DNA of 64,000 bases. It comes from Octopus bimaculoides (lineage: Eukaryota). The stretch is from NCBI RefSeq assembly GCF_001194135.2, contig NC_068986.1, positions 13,367,033 to 13,431,032 on the forward strand, in the 5' to 3' direction. Shown here one piece after another: positions 39,441-52,746 of this stretch; position 1 is the first letter of the stretch; each line of letters begins with the position of its first letter. Both the position numbers and the translations under genes were made by a program. The notes beneath the pieces are model-generated. The model saw only the letters and a list, made by a program, of their open reading frames with translations. It made no database searches and was not told the DNA's origin.

Positions 39441-41014
39441 CTCACAAAACTTCAGATTTATAAAAGAATGGTCCTATACAGTAGCATCTATCTTTCCAAA
39501 AGTATGAAATGAAGTAAAAGATTCTTAGAGTAGTGATGATAATATTAATATATGATATATAATAATGTAGCATTAATATAAAATAGTTCACAGTCTAACC
39601 CATTCTGGCATTCCAATCTAAATCCTTCCCACCAAAAAAAAAAAAAAAGATATAGTAGAATAATCACCCTTAATTAAAATTGATGAAAGCCTTCACTTCC
39701 AAGGAGAATAATATAAAGAAAATATACTAAAATAATTCTTTCTTAAAGACACAAAGATAGAAAATCAAGCATAGACACAGGCGTCCATGTCGGTGTGAAG
39801 ATTGTTTTCATGCTTCTTTGAGAAGTGAGGAAAGATTTACGATAAGATTAGAGCAGAAACTTTACAACCATTTAATCTTTGTAGACCCCAAACACCGATA
39901 TATATATATGTATATATTCTACATAAATATAATTATTTCGCCCATATATTTATATAGTCCTTATTCGAAGTGGTGTAGTGCAGTTATGGGGGTTTGATTT
40001 CTTCCTCTCCCTTTATGGAACTTTTTGGCATTAAACTCCGAAGCAAGCGAAGGGACAGACGAATAAGTGAACTACTTTTAGTGCTGTATGTGTGAGAAAG
40101 TGTAGAATGATAGAGAACTAGAGAAGAGAGGAAACAGAGAAGGACTGCAATTACCGGCGGCTCAGTTTTCACAGAACATAACTGTATCAGCTGAGTAAGC
40201 AAGCCAACTTTATCTACGGAAGCAAAAAAGGAACATAATTTTATTTTAGATCGACATTGCCGCCGTTGTTTTGTACTTATTTATTATTATTTTTTTTACT
40301 TGTTTCCATTATTGAACTGCGGCCATGATGGGGCACTACCATGAGAAGTTTATTCTAACGAATTGACCCTGTGCTATTTAAAAAAATAATTAAAGTCTGG
40401 TAATTATTTCATCGTTTTTATTTTTTTTGCCGAACTGCTCGTTACGGTGACGTAAACAAACCAGCACCGGTTGTCATGCAATATGGTCACAAACACAAAA
40501 ACATACACACAGATACACATAACTTTTAGCTTTTACCATTTACTTGTTTCAGTCACTGGACTGTGACCAGGCTGGAGCATCACCTTCAAGGATTTTAGTC
40601 AAATAAATCGATCCCAGCACTTTTTTTTTTTTTTACTTTAAGCCTGATACTTATTCCATCAGTAAGTTTTTGCAGAACCACTAACATATGGAAATGTAAA
40701 CAAACTAACACTGGTTACGAAGTGGTGGGGATGAACAAAGACACACACACAACAGGTTTCCACACAGTTTCCAAATCTATATTTATTGCTCCAGTCCTCT
40801 CAGCAGCTGTAAATCAAAAGGGGCCAGCCTTGTCACATTCTATGTCACGCTGAATTTCCATGAGAATTAAGTTAAGGGTATATTTGTCTGTGGAGTACTC
40901 AACCACTTGCTTGTTAATTTCTTATGCAGGCTATTCCACTGATCAGATCAACTGGAGCCCAAATCATTGTAACTGACAGAGTGCCAATTATGTAAGTGAG
41001 AAGATTTTTCTAGA

Positions 41015-41185
41015 AAGGAACTCGGCCACTTTGCCTCCTAGAGGCCTAACGCTCAAAAGGAACTCAGCCACTTTGTCTCCTCGAGGTCCAATGCTCAAAA
41101 GAAACTCAGCCACTTTGCCTCTGTGAAGTCCAATTCCGAAAGGAACTCAATCACTTTGCTTCCCTGAGAATCAACGAGGCCCAAC
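41015..41185. repeat. ~42-bp degenerate tandem repeat, ~4 units
   Basis: Unit aaaaggaactcagccactttgtctcctcgaggtccaatgctc. The same motif occurs singly at ~19150, ~56050 and ~59965. Confidence 0.75.
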
Positions 41186-41487
41186 ACTTGTGCTTCCTGT
41201 GATCTATTTCTAGCGCATTAATTGTCCACGTTATTTTTTAAAATGTACCTTAATCCCCTGAGATTGCAGATAATATTTCTGAATCTCTTTGATTCTTTAG
41301 ATGTGCTGGCCTCCTGATAATTAACCGATATTAATTAATATATGACTAATTACCAGATTTTATAATAATATATATATATATATATAGTAGCATTTCTCCA
41401 ACGGCTTTTTCAAATAAATTACGTAACAATCTTCTCTAACTACAGTTATCACATTCGTTTAAAATGTCTTACGGTTAAGCTGGTTCC

Positions 41488-41590
41488 CATGCATTTCCCT
41501 GAAGAGAAGATTACATTCTTATCAACATCACCTATTCCTATGGAAGGTATAATTTGTAATCTTCGAAACATATGTTGGAAATAAGTATTC
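41488..41590 (+). ncRNA. Type I hammerhead ribozyme motif, family A copy 3
   Basis: tttcc(41494-98), CUGAAGA(41499-505), perfect 9-bp stem II gaagattac/gtaatcttc, GAAA(41565-68), cauaug, GUU(41574-76), ggaaa(41577-81). Confidence 0.8.
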
Positions 41591-41631
41591 AGTTAACATA
41601 TGCGTTTTACTCCATTTACTAAATTTATATA

Positions 41632-41672
<41 letters not shown>

Positions 41673-43947
41673 TACATATGTATGTATTTCTTTTACATGT
41701 TTCAGTCATTAGACTATGGCCTTCGGAAATTTTTAGTCGACCCCAATACTTACTTTCTTTAAAAGCCTGGTACATATTCTATCAGGTTCGTTTGCTGAAC
41801 TGCTAAGTTATGGCGACATAAAGAAACCAAAACCGGTGGTGGGAGACAGACACAAAGACACACACACATATATGTATATAAATAAATATATATATATGCA
41901 ACAGGCTTCTTTCAGTTTCTGCCTATCAAATCCACTCACAAGGCTCTGGTTGGCCTGAGATCAAAAGTAGTAGTTGTAGTAGTAGTAGTAATTATAGTGG
42001 TGGTAGTAGCAAAGAAAAAAAAAGCATAGTTAACATAAATGTTTGAAGGGAGACAACTATGAGTTGTAGAACTGCTGACTTTCTAATTGTGCATAAGACA
42101 TATAAACTGGGTTTTGCACTAGAGACCTCACAACAGTTAAATGCTAGTGTTTCTAGGTAATTAGCTTCCATTTATTCAAAATGTATTAATTTTTAACATA
42201 GACTTCTGTCTAACATTCAATATGTATTTGATTATCTCATCACTACTTCGTTAAGTATAGCAAAGTGTTTCACTGAAGAGATCTAATAATATATAAACAT
42301 GTACCAAGTTACCTCCCATTTTCAAATTTTATTAGTTATACAGTTTATGTTATGTTTTCTTCTTTACAGTATTATCAATTAGCTTTTTGATGGTCATTAC
42401 ATTAAATATTTCAGCATTAACCTTACTTTAGTTAAGAAAGCCAGTATAGTGACTGCAACACAAAACAAAAAACCCAAAACTTTGGTTCAAAGAGTATAGC
42501 AGGGTATTCACAAAAGTGATTTTGATATCCATTCTAATTTCAATTTCAAACAAATGAGCTGTGTTTTTAAAATCTCTTGGAAAGATAGTAACATCAGAAA
42601 GATCTATTTTCTATTAATGTGCCAAGATTTAACAAACAAATTAAAACCATTCACTTCGAAAACTAAAACATTTTGTAACAAAATTTTATTGCATTATGTG
42701 ATGTGTTTTTGAAGGTTCTGCTCACGTTCTAATTCTGACAAATAATTATTGGAAATGTGTAAAAGAGAAAAAAGACCTTCTTTTATAAATACAGAATCTA
42801 CATTAACTCTTTGAATACTGACCCATCCTAGACCACCACTACTTCTATGATACAAATTCCCTGTTTTAAAGTGATCGAAATCAAAATATTCCATGTTAAT
42901 TTATATTCCAAACACCAGTTTAATACTCTACTCTCTCTCTTTTACTTGTTTCAGTCATTTGACTGTGGCCATGCTGGAGCACCACCTTTTGTCGAGCAAA
43001 CCGACCCTGGGACTTATTCTTTGTAAGCCTAGTACTTATTCTATCGGTCTCTTTTGCCAAACTGCTAAGTGACGGGGACATAAGCACACCAGCATCGGTT
43101 GTCAAGTAATGCTAGGGGGACAAACACCAGTTTCTGTCTACCAAATCCACTCACAAGGCTTTGGTCGGCCCGAGACTATAGTAGAAGATACTTGCCCAAG
43201 ATGCCATGCAGTGGGACTGAACCTGGAACCATGTGGTTGGTAAGCAAGCTACTTACCACAGCCACTCCTGCACCTATACTGAGAAAGTTCTTTCAATAAA
43301 TGCTTCATTATTTTCAAAATTCTAACAAAATCAGTGTATTTCATCAGACATATGGTTAATGAAAGGGTTTTCCATGTTGATTTATGTTCTAAATACCAGT
43401 TTAATACTGGGAACATAAATTTCAGGAAATTTTTTTATCATTTTCAAAATTAATTGTAACAAAAGCAATGTATTTCAAGAAAGATATATTAAGAGAGGTT
43501 AAGCAGGATTTGAAACTGTGCAACTCTGCATTGTTTTCTATTGATTAATAATTGCACGACCGACATAATAACTGCTTGCAGCTACCAGTCTCTCAGATAT
43601 TACCTGCTGGAAGCATTTGTTTCCAAAATGGAGCAGTAATTTTCTATGTGACCTAGTTTCAATAAGTGTTTGGAGCCATCTCACTTCATACAGCCAACTG
43701 CTAATGCTCTCGGGAGCAAAAAATAAACACATCACACAATTTCATTTTCTCTTCTCCATCAATAATCTGAGACTTTATGTCTATGTAAGAGCAAAACAAA
43801 CAATTCTTTTAACTGTTCCAGCACCATGTGAAAAGGAGGAGATGGGTGTATGTTAATCTAAATAAGTGATTCTTAAAAGTAATACTGTATTCAGTGACCC
43901 CTGGCGCTTAACAAATGCTCCTGCCTATTATTATCATCGTCATTTAG

Positions 43948-44203
43948 TACAGTTCTATATTTAAGAGATGAGGAATTATGTACTTTATTTATATTTGATG
44001 GATATCTATCCTCATCTTGTTTGTTGTTAACGTTTCGGCTGATATACCCTCCAGCCTTCATCAGGTGTCTTGGGGGAAATTTCAAACCTGGGTTCTCATT
44101 TCTAAGATATTTTTCTATGTTATTACTATTATTCAGGTCACTGCCTGGAATCGAGCTCGGAATCTTGGGGTTAGTAGCCTGCGCTCTTAACCACTACGCC
44201 CAT
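43948..44203 (-). mobile_element. Family B element (single copy)
   Basis: Tail acagttctatatttaagagatgagg..., hammerhead core with a deleted stem I 3' strand, and a tRNA-like head ending ccactacgcc. Confidence 0.75.
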
Positions 44204-45024
44204 GGGGGAGGGGGGAATGAAATAAGTACCAGCTACACACTGGTCGATGTAATCGACTACCCCCTTCCCTGAAAAATTTTCAAGGCTTTGTGCCTAAAGT
44301 AGATATAATTATTATTATTATTAAGGTGTCCAACCCATGCTAGCATGGAAAGCAGACGTTAAACGACAATGATGGCAAGCTGACAATCATTAACATGCTG
44401 GGGCAAAATGTTTAGTGACATATCATCCGTCTTTACGTTGTGAGTTCAAATTCCACCGAGGTCACCTTTTCCTTTCATCCTTTTGGGATCAATAAAATAA
44501 GTACCAGTTGAATATTGGGGGTAGACATAATCAAATTACCCATCCCCACCCAAACTCCAGGCCCTGTGCCTTCAGTAGATAGGATTATTATTATTAAGGC
44601 AATGAGCTGGCAGAATCGGAAGCACACCAGGCAAAATGCTTTGTGACATTTTGTCCGTCTTTGTGCCCGGAGTTCAAATTACCCCAAGGTTGACTTTACT
44701 CTTCATCCTTTCAGGGTTGATAAAATAAGTACCAGTTAAGCACTGGGGTCAATGCAATCAACTTACACACTACCCCAAAGTTGCTGGCCTTGTGCCAAAA
44801 TCTGAAGCCATCATCATCATCATCATTATTACTATTATTAAAGGCAGCAAGCTGGTAGAATTGTTAGCACACTGAATGAAGTGCTTAGTGGTAATTCACC
44901 CGTTGCTATGGTCTGAGTTCAAATTCTGTCATGGCTGACTTTCATCCTTCCGGGGTTGATGGGGTCAATGTAATAGACTCATCCCCTTCCCCCAAACTGC
45001 TGCCCGTGTGTCAAAATTTGGAAC

Positions 45025-45500
45025 ATCATCATCATCATCATCGTCGTCGTTTAACATCTGCTTTCCATACTGGCATGGGTTGGATGGTTTGACCGAGGAC
45101 CGGCGAGCCAATTGGCTACACAAGGCTCCAATCTGATCAGGCAGTTTCTACAACTGGATCAGGTAACCCCGGCTGAGGAGCATTGGTTGAGATAATGGTT
45201 GCTAACCCATGATGTAGCACTAATCTAATCTTAAATATTCTATCACATACTCTGACTACCTCAATTACCTTATCAACCCATTTCTCTGCAAGAAGTATAC
45301 CCACACCCCCAACCCCGTCAGTGTTCCCTGCCAAGAAAATAGTGTACCTGTGAGGAACCTAGCAGAACCTCCTCTCCACCTTACTTCTTGGAGGCAACAC
45401 AAATCGGCATCTCCATTCAAGCATCTCAACAATTTCACCAGACCTACTTTTCAGTGTGCCAACCCTGAGGGTGTGGGAGGTGTGGGCCCGTGAGACCCTG
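45025..45500 (-). mobile_element. Internally deleted RTE-clade LINE (APE N-terminus fused to 3' tail)
   Basis: VGTLKSRSGEIVEMLEWR and GVGGVGILLAEKWVDKVIEVVRVCDRIFKIRL...IISTNAPQPG are APE-like motifs. They join at ~45155-45160 to the (GAT)n-tailed repeat. Confidence 0.75.
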
Positions 45501-46491
45501 GGATGGGGGACAGCAGTGTCATGTACCTGAAAAGAAAGCTCACATTTGGCAGAATTCATAAACAAACAATAGCCTTCAACCAGCATACACTGCACCATCA
45601 TTTTTATGCACTATATGATCGATAAACCCTAGGTAGGAGTGGGGATGGTGTTAACCCTTTAGAAGTGTTCATGGGAGACAACCAAAGGATGACAGAGGAT
45701 AAGAATTTCTGGTACAGGTGGAGGGGTGGGAGTGCAGTCATACCGCGAGGTAGCAAATTTAGACGAGAGCATCTTCTGGATTTGTATTATTTCGAGGGAG
45801 TTATTAAATTCAAGTAGGCGAATCCGAGTGCATGCGCTAGTTTATATAGGGTGGTGGTGGCGAATCAAGTGGTAAATCAAAAGAGAGAGAGAGAGAGAGG
45901 GGGGCCAGAGTTAGAACACAAGGGAGAAAAATATTCCTTGGGATTTTGGGTAATGTAATTTAATGAAACAGCAAATGCTGATAATAGTGAAATAGAATTG
46001 AAAAATCTTAGAATTTTTGGTCAGCCAATCTGTGGCAAATTTAGAGAGATGAGTTATAATGTGATAAACTTGAATAAATAAATGTGTGATGATTAAGGGA
46101 TATGCATCGGGGAAGACGAAACTATTGAAACTATGCTTACATGGTAAGGAAATAGATAGAATAATGAAAAGAACTAATAAGGGGTTTATGATCTGCGCAG
46201 AAATAGAGAAGATGAACGAGGTTGAAAAGACAAAATTTCTGATCTGACCATCTTCTGAAATTCATATTCTTCCGGCGAGGCGGCGAACTGGCAGAATTGT
46301 TAACATGCCAGGCAAAATGCTATGTGGCATTTCGTCTGTCTTTACATTCTAAGTTCAAATTCTACCAAAGTCAACTTTGTTTTTCATCCTTTTGGGCTTG
46401 ATAAAACAAGAACCAGTTGAGTACTGGGGTTGATGTAACAAATTAACCCTTTTCCTGAAATTGCTGGCCTTGTGGCAGAATTTGAAACCAC

Positions 46492-46845
46492 TTTTACCTC
46501 TGCATTAATGAAGGTGGGGGTATTGTTTTCAGTTGTGTTTGTTTGTCTATGGACAAGATATCACAAGAACTGCTGGATGGATTTGGATGAAACTTTCAGG
46601 GATGTCTGGCCTCGTAACTGTCACAAACGGATTAGATTTTGAGATCGACCCGGTACCAGACAAGGATTCTGGATTATTTTTCCTTTTTTTTACTTAATTT
46701 TTGAGAGCGGTCAGGTTCATTTTTAGTATTCTCGTTTGTGAGAGCAGTCGAGTTTATTTCAGAATATTCTCATTTTAAAAACCATCTCTGACTAATCGTT
46801 GGCGTTGCCTTGGCAGAGGTTTGCACTCTCTGAGAGCTCGTTATT
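46492..46845 (+). mobile_element. Helentron-associated (HINE/DINE-like) non-autonomous element
   Basis: Subterminal inverted repeat acctctgc (46496-503) / gcagaggt (46813-20), gtttgtttgtct near the 5' end, and 3' ctctctgagag hairpin-like end in T-rich flanks. Confidence 0.45.
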
Positions 46846-47328
46846 ATTAGTCATTATCAGCCGGCTAAGATTTCAACTTCTTTTAGCATATACTCATTAA
46901 CAGTTATTTTGAAGAAAAATCATCAAAAGCAACAAACAAAAGATACAGCGGAAAGAAAGTCATGACACGTTTTAAACAAACATAATTTGTTATTTATATT
47001 TTGACATGAATTTAAGAAAAAGTAAAAACAAAAAAAAAAACAATATACATATATAAATATATATATGTGTTTTTGTGTGTATATGTACGTGTAACCTAAA
47101 ACATGGAACAAAAAAAAAAAAGAACAAAAGGGAAAAATAAGATGGTTTCTCTTCTCCCCAACGATGAGACGTCGGCAGATGAAAAAAGGAGTAATAACAG
47201 AGTAAATATCAGATAAGTCTGTCGCTGGTGAAATAGTCAAGAATAAGAAGTGTGTGTGAGTGCGTGTGTGTGTATGTATATGTATATGTGTTTGTGTGGA
47301 AAGGGGAGGGGGAGATGAGATATCTTTA

Positions 47329-47442
47329 TTATTCTTCTTCTTCATCATCTTCCTCCTCCTCCTCTTCTTCTTCTTCTTCCGAACCGGCCGATCCTGACTC
47401 AGAAGCTTCCGGAGAACTGAGGATTTCTTCATCAGATGGTAA
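47329..47442 (-). CDS. SSRP1: SSRP1 terminal coding exon
   Basis: cttttcctctag acceptor, 114 nt. Encodes LPSDEEILSSPEASESGSAGSEEEEEEEEEEDDEEEE then TAA, followed by a second TAA. Confidence 0.9.
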   Translation of the reverse strand, partial: LPSDEEILSSPEASESGSAGSEEEEEEEEEEDDEEEE

Positions 47443-48824
47443 CTAGAGGAAAAGGTGAAAGAAAAATGGAAAAACTCAAGGATGTGGAAATGTGGCCAAA
47501 AAAATGCTAATACAGGATAAAATTTGTATAGGACCAAAGTAATCCCTTGAGAATTCACAGAACCCATACACTAACCTGCTTGAGACTACCCCCAAAGCTC
47601 TATATTTTAGAGTTCCTGTTTTACAGTCATCAAAATTAAAACCTTCCACCAAAATTCCATGTTAATTTATGATCCAAACACCATTTTAATGAAGACAAAG
47701 CAACCTTTTTCATCCTTTAATATTACTCTCATACCTCACTTGACGGGGTGTTGTCTTGCAAGTTACATGGTGACCTCAATGAAGCTGGTGCTACATAAAA
47801 AGTACTCAGTACACTCTGTATAATGGCTATCATTAGGAAGGGCGCCCAACTGCAGAAACCACGCCAAAGCAGACAACAAACATTTGGTGCAGTTCTGACT
47901 TGGATATCGTCCTACCGTCCAACCCATACCAGCATGGAAAACATATTATATATTGATCATGATGATTATGATTTTAAGAAATTTTTCATCATTTTTAAAG
48001 TTTAATTGAAGCAAAGACTGTATTTCAATAGAATTACGATTAGAAAGGGTCGTTAAGAGAAATATCCCTATAGTGGAAAGTTTATCCCTTTTGATACAAA
48101 CCTTCCCGAGGTCACCTTTAGTTCTATGATACAAAGTCTATGCTTAAAAGTGATCTAAGCTAAAACCTTCCATTGAAATTTCATGTAAGTTTAAGTTCAA
48201 AACACCTGCTCAATGATAAAGTTACTTTAATAAAATTTTACAGCATCTGATCCTGCAGGTGCTGAACCCACATAGAACACACCTGTGCTCTTTATCTTGT
48301 AACTTTGAGATTTCAATAATATATTGTTTTTTTTTTACTTGTTTAAGTCATCAGACTGTGTGGCCATGCTGGGGCACCACTTTGAGGAAATTTAATGAAT
48401 TTAATTGAATGAACTGACCCAAATACTTCATTTGTTCTTGTTTAAAACTTGGCCCTCATTTTATAGGTCTCTTTTGCTGAACTGCTAGGTTACCAGAACA
48501 TAAACACCTCAGCACCAGTTTTCAAGTGTTCGTGGAGGACAAATACAGACACACACACATAAATATACAACAGGCTTCTTCCAGTTTCCACCTACCAAAT
48601 TCACTCACAAGGTTTTGGTTGGCCCGAGGATATAGTAGAAGACACTTGCCCAAGGTGCCATGCCGTGGGATTGAACCCAAAACTACTTAGTTGGGACGCA
48701 AACCTCTTTCCACACAGCCATGCCTGTACCTATATAACCATTGAAAAACTGTAAACCAGTTGACATAAAACATGTCAGTGAATGTATGACAAAGACACAC
48801 ACACAAAACTAAAGCATTATTTAC

Positions 48825-49068
48825 CTCGCCCACTTCCTCGTCGTCATCGTCTTTCTCCTCCTTCTCTTCTTTCTTGTCAGTTTTCTTGGCCTTTGTTGCC
48901 TTTTCAGGCTTCTCTTTCTTCATTTTCTTTTTCTTTGGTTTGTCCTCGTTTGAACTGGATTCAGAGCTGGAGATGAACTCTTTGCTCTTATAGTCGCCGG
49001 TAGCTCGACTGACATTGGCGTCGGATTTTCGAGCAGAGCTCTTTTTAGGTGTCTTTGCTGGAGATGAA
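48825..49068 (-). CDS. SSRP1: SSRP1 coding exon (C-terminal basic/acidic region)
   Basis: ctctcgtttcatag acceptor, GAG|GTAAAT donor, 244 nt. Encodes SSPAKTPKKSSARKSDANVSRATGDYKSKEFISSSESSSNEDKPKKKKMKKEKPEK...DDDDEEVGE, containing the SSRP1 (F/Y)KSKEF(I/V)SS motif. Confidence 0.95.
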
Positions 49069-49943
49069 CTATGAAACGAGAGAAGAATGATGTACTAAAT
49101 TAGTAAATTGCTAATTGTAAACCATTTTATGCCTATGGACCCCTTTTATTTCTATTTTACTCTGCTGAGACTCCACATAGCCATTCAATGTATTAAAAAA
49201 AAAAAAAATTTTTTAAATTGTACTGTATTTTTATAATTAAATATTATTAGGAATTGAATAAGAAAATTTAAACATACGTCTATTCTAAAGGTATAACCAA
49301 TTCATTGCAGATTTGGTCTTTGCCAGTGCTGCCTGAATGGCTTCCGTGCCGGTAGCATGCAAAATGCACCATTCAAGCATGGTCGATACCAGTACTCCCT
49401 GACTGGCCCTCATGCCAGTGGCATGTAAAAAGCACCCACTACACTCTCGGAGTGGTTGGCATTAGGAAAGGCATCCAGCTGTAGAAACATTGCTAGATCA
49501 GATTGGAGTCTGGTGCAGCCTCCTGGCTTGCCGGTCTCCAGTCAAACCGTCCAACCCATGCCAGCATGGAAAACGGACGTTAAACGATGATGATAGTTGA
49601 ATAACTGTAAACCTCCTTTTGGGCTACCCTGTATATATATACACACACAAAAACCTCAACAATAAACATTCCTTTAACCCTTTAGCATTCAGATTACTCA
49701 TTCAAATGTAATGCTTATTTCTTCACTTTGAGATTTTGACAATGTGATTCTTCATTTTTAGAATACAGTTGTAGACTAGGATGTGTGAGAGGCTGAAACT
49801 AGCCAGTTTAAAATACAAAACAAGTAGAATATTTGGGTCTGAAATGACCAGTTAATTGCTAAAAGGTCAGCACATGTAAGTATGGAAAAATGGATGCCAA
49901 ACAAACAACACCCACACATAGACAAAACCCATTTAATACTCAC

Positions 49944-50041
49944 TTCTCATCATTATCAGCTCTTTCAGAAGCTGTCTTTTTATATTCTTCCATAAGTTGA
50001 TTATATTTTTCTTTAGATTCTTCTTGAAGTTTTTCCCATTT
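49944..50041 (-). CDS. SSRP1: SSRP1 coding exon (HMG box helix 3)
   Basis: tgtttatag acceptor, AA|GTGAGT donor, 98 nt. Encodes KWEKLQEESKEKYNQLMEEYKKTASERADNDE. Confidence 0.95.
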
Positions 50042-50836
50042 CTATAAACACAAAGATAAAATACTTTTTAATTCAGAAATTTCAAAGAAGAATGGTGGGA
50101 ACTTTGAGAAGGGAATGATTTTAGCTTTAGTTTCTTAAGTCAAGAGCTTTAATTTACTATCATCTTCTTTAAATATTAATCTTTTTTGGAACATTTCTAA
50201 TTGAACAGACTTTTGCCTGTTTTTGTTAAATAGCTATTTGTCAGTTCTGTTTGGGATAGATCTTAGGTGAAGAATTTTCTAACTGAAGAGAAGCCTAGGT
50301 TCTGCAACTCCAGAAGAGACAAGATTCAGTCTGTTTGGAGGCACACAGTTATACATTTTCCATGCAATGATAGTTAATAATCTGGTGTTGAGGACATGGA
50401 TAATGTGACCAACAAACTCAACATGGCAATTAAGATCTAGTTTTACTAAATCTTATTGTCCAAACACATTGGTATCTATTATAGGAGTAGGCATGGTTTT
50501 ATGGTTGAGCAGTTTGCTTCCTAGTGGAGGGGTACTCAAGAATCCTGACCTGGAGGAGGCCTAGATCCCTTAGAGAGTTAATAGTTAAGGGCTGAAACAT
50601 TGTTTTGTCTTGGTATAAAAGATGGGCTACAGCAAATATTCTGCTCAATGCCACAGATTTGCTTGCCAGTTGCTAGACCTTAACCAGCTGAACATGTCCC
50701 TTAGTGGCTGACGATATGTGCATCTCTGATCATGAGCAGAAGTAGTGGGGAAGTATCACAGTAATGTGGTGAGAGGAATTCTTTGAAAACATGGCATGTT
50801 AAAATTTACTGAATAGTAATAACAACAACAATAATA

Positions 50837-51489
50837 GGGGTGAAATGGTATGGCACATCATTAGCAAATGCCTGAAATTGGCACAACATGAATACAAACA
50901 ACGCTATCACAATGTGGCAAGAATGATCCATTGGGAACGCTGTAGAAATCATGGCCTACCAAGAGCAAAGACGAGTTATGAGCAAATTCCAGAATAAGTT
51001 ACCAAGAATGAGAAGTACAAAATCTTGTGGGATGTAATGATCCACTGCAATCACCTGACCAGACATCGGAAACCAGATATTGTTGTGGTGAATAAAAAAG
51101 AAAGAACATGCATGATAACATAGCATGTCCCGGTGACAACAAGGTCAATGTGAAAGAAGAAGAAAAAAATAAACAACTATGACGATTTGAAGTGGGAAAT
51201 GCGAAGGTTGTGATCAATGAAAAGAGTAGACCTGATACCAAGAACAATTGGTGCAGTTGAAAGTATCAGCACTCAACTAGCAACATGGCTGAAAAAGATT
51301 GGTACAAATGTGGAGGTAGAACACCTACATAAATCAGCATTGCTTGGAAGTGCAAGAATTCTTCCCAGGGTTCTTGAAGCATGACCAGTAATCAAGTTTC
51401 ACTTTAGTCTGTTGGCTGTAGACAGCTGACACTATCCATCATACCCAGCAAAATAAGCTGTGAGTTTTCATCACATAATAATAATAATA
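50837..51489 (+). mobile_element. 5'-truncated R4/Dong-like non-LTR retrotransposon (RLE domain, degenerate)
   Basis: Translates EMVWHIISKCLKLAQHEYKQRYHNVARMIHW...KILWD...RHRKPDIVVVNKKERTC...ACPGD...SALLGSARILPRVLEA* with stops and frameshifts. Has a zinc-knuckle end, a PD-(D/E)xK-type RKPD motif and a (TAA)n tail. Confidence 0.85.
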
Positions 51490-51493
51490 GGAC

Positions 51494-51990
51494 TACATTG
51501 GTATAAAAGATGGGCTACAGCAAATATTCAGCTTAATACCACAGATTTGCTTGTCAGTTGTTTGACCGTAACCAGTTGAGCATGTCCCTTGGTGGCTGAC
51601 GATATGTGCATCTCTGATCACAAGTAGAAATAATGGGGGAGCATCATAGCCATGTGTTAAGAGGAGTTCTTTGGGGTTTGGATAATTCACCTTTGGAAAC
51701 ATGGGTGTTTTGCTCAACATCCCTAAACAAACCTTATTCAGGGACCTTTTGAGAGGGATGGGCTACATGACCTGAAGAAAATTCTAACTGGGCCCCACCT
51801 GCGAGGTCATGCGCTGTTTATCTTGATATGAGACTACTATGTCGCGCACATATGGTTGTGATGCATGTGCCTGGTGTACCCTTATCAGACGGGTAGTCAT
51901 GATGGATATACTGGGCTTCGTATATTTTACCCCAGTGTCACTTTGATGGTATGCACTGCTCTCTCACTCAATAATAATAATAATAATAAA
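51494..51990 (+). mobile_element. (AAT)n-tailed ~500-bp repeat, family 5 (also 28640-28850, 50575-50780, 56690-57218, 63410-63680 minus)
   Basis: Near-identical copies ending tgcactgctctctcactcaataataat. No recognisable coding content. Confidence 0.75.
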
Positions 51991-52104
51991 AGATAAAATG
52001 GCAGAAACAGGGCGTAAAAACCTGTAGATTTCCAACACGTCATGTTGGGAAACAAAAAAAAAGGGGGGGGGGGAATAATTGTAGTAAAATGTCACCATAC
52101 TAAC

Positions 52105-52293
52105 AGATTTGTCAGTGAGGTTTCTCCAAACGTCAGCAGCCTTCTTGGTAAGATCTGTAATGGAAATGCCAGGGTTATCAGCTTTAATCTTTTCTCTATT
52201 TTCACTTAACCAAATGAAGTAGGCTGATAATGGACGTTTTGGACGATTAGGGTCAACGACCTTCTTTTTCTTCCGGGATTTGCTGGATTTGGA
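52105..52293 (-). CDS. SSRP1: SSRP1 coding exon (HMG box, N-terminal part)
   Basis: ttattcttttcag acceptor, TCT|GTTAGT donor, 189 nt. Encodes SKSSKSRKKKKVVDPNRPKRPLSAYFIWLSENREKIKADNPGISITDLTKKAADVWRNLTDKS. Confidence 0.97.
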
Positions 52294-52634
52294 CTGAAAA
52301 GAATAAGAAAAGGAGAAAAATATCTTTATATATAACAACAGCTGAAAGTAATGTTGGTTGCTTGGCAGATTTCTCCAGTTTATGATGCTTTTTACATCAT
52401 ACAGAGTGAGGAGGAGAAAGGGTGTTACAAACACATTCTGTCAGAAATACAATGAATCCCAGTGTTTCAATCTATTGGAGATCTATAGCTATCAACATCA
52501 TTGTCTATTAATAACAACATAGCATAAATACATACATTTACTACAGTGAATTAAGAAACCGGAAAAAGTCCAAATTAAAATTTTTTTTGGTGGTGGGTGG
52601 GAGATAAAAAACAAACAATCAAACAACAACTCAC

Positions 52635-52746
52635 TTCTTTAGGTTTGGAGGCTTTCTTTTCTTTGTGTTTCTTAGGTTTTGGTTTCTTTGGCTCTCCATC
52701 TTCACCACTTTCCGAATCTGATGTGGTCTCAGGGTTGCTATCATAT
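52635..52746 (-). CDS. SSRP1: SSRP1 coding exon
   Basis: ccatttaacag acceptor, GAA|GTGAGT donor, 112 nt. Encodes YDSNPETTSDSESGEDGEPKKPKPKKHKEKKASKPKE. Confidence 0.95.

Noticed and set aside
43605-43735. Minus-strand open stretch ending in CAG|GTAATA
   Set aside because: Weak acceptor, unrecognisable peptide, and no link to neighbouring exons.
51493-51720. Recurrent ORF MLSKTPMFPKVNYPN... (also 56786-56983)
   Set aside because: Antisense reading of repeat family 5. The frame breaks differently in each copy and shows no recognisable domain.
51755-51815. CTGAAGA inside family 5, enclosed by a catgacc/ggtcatg stem
   Set aside because: No GAAA or helix III for a hammerhead, and I could not map a full HDV-like double pseudoknot by eye.
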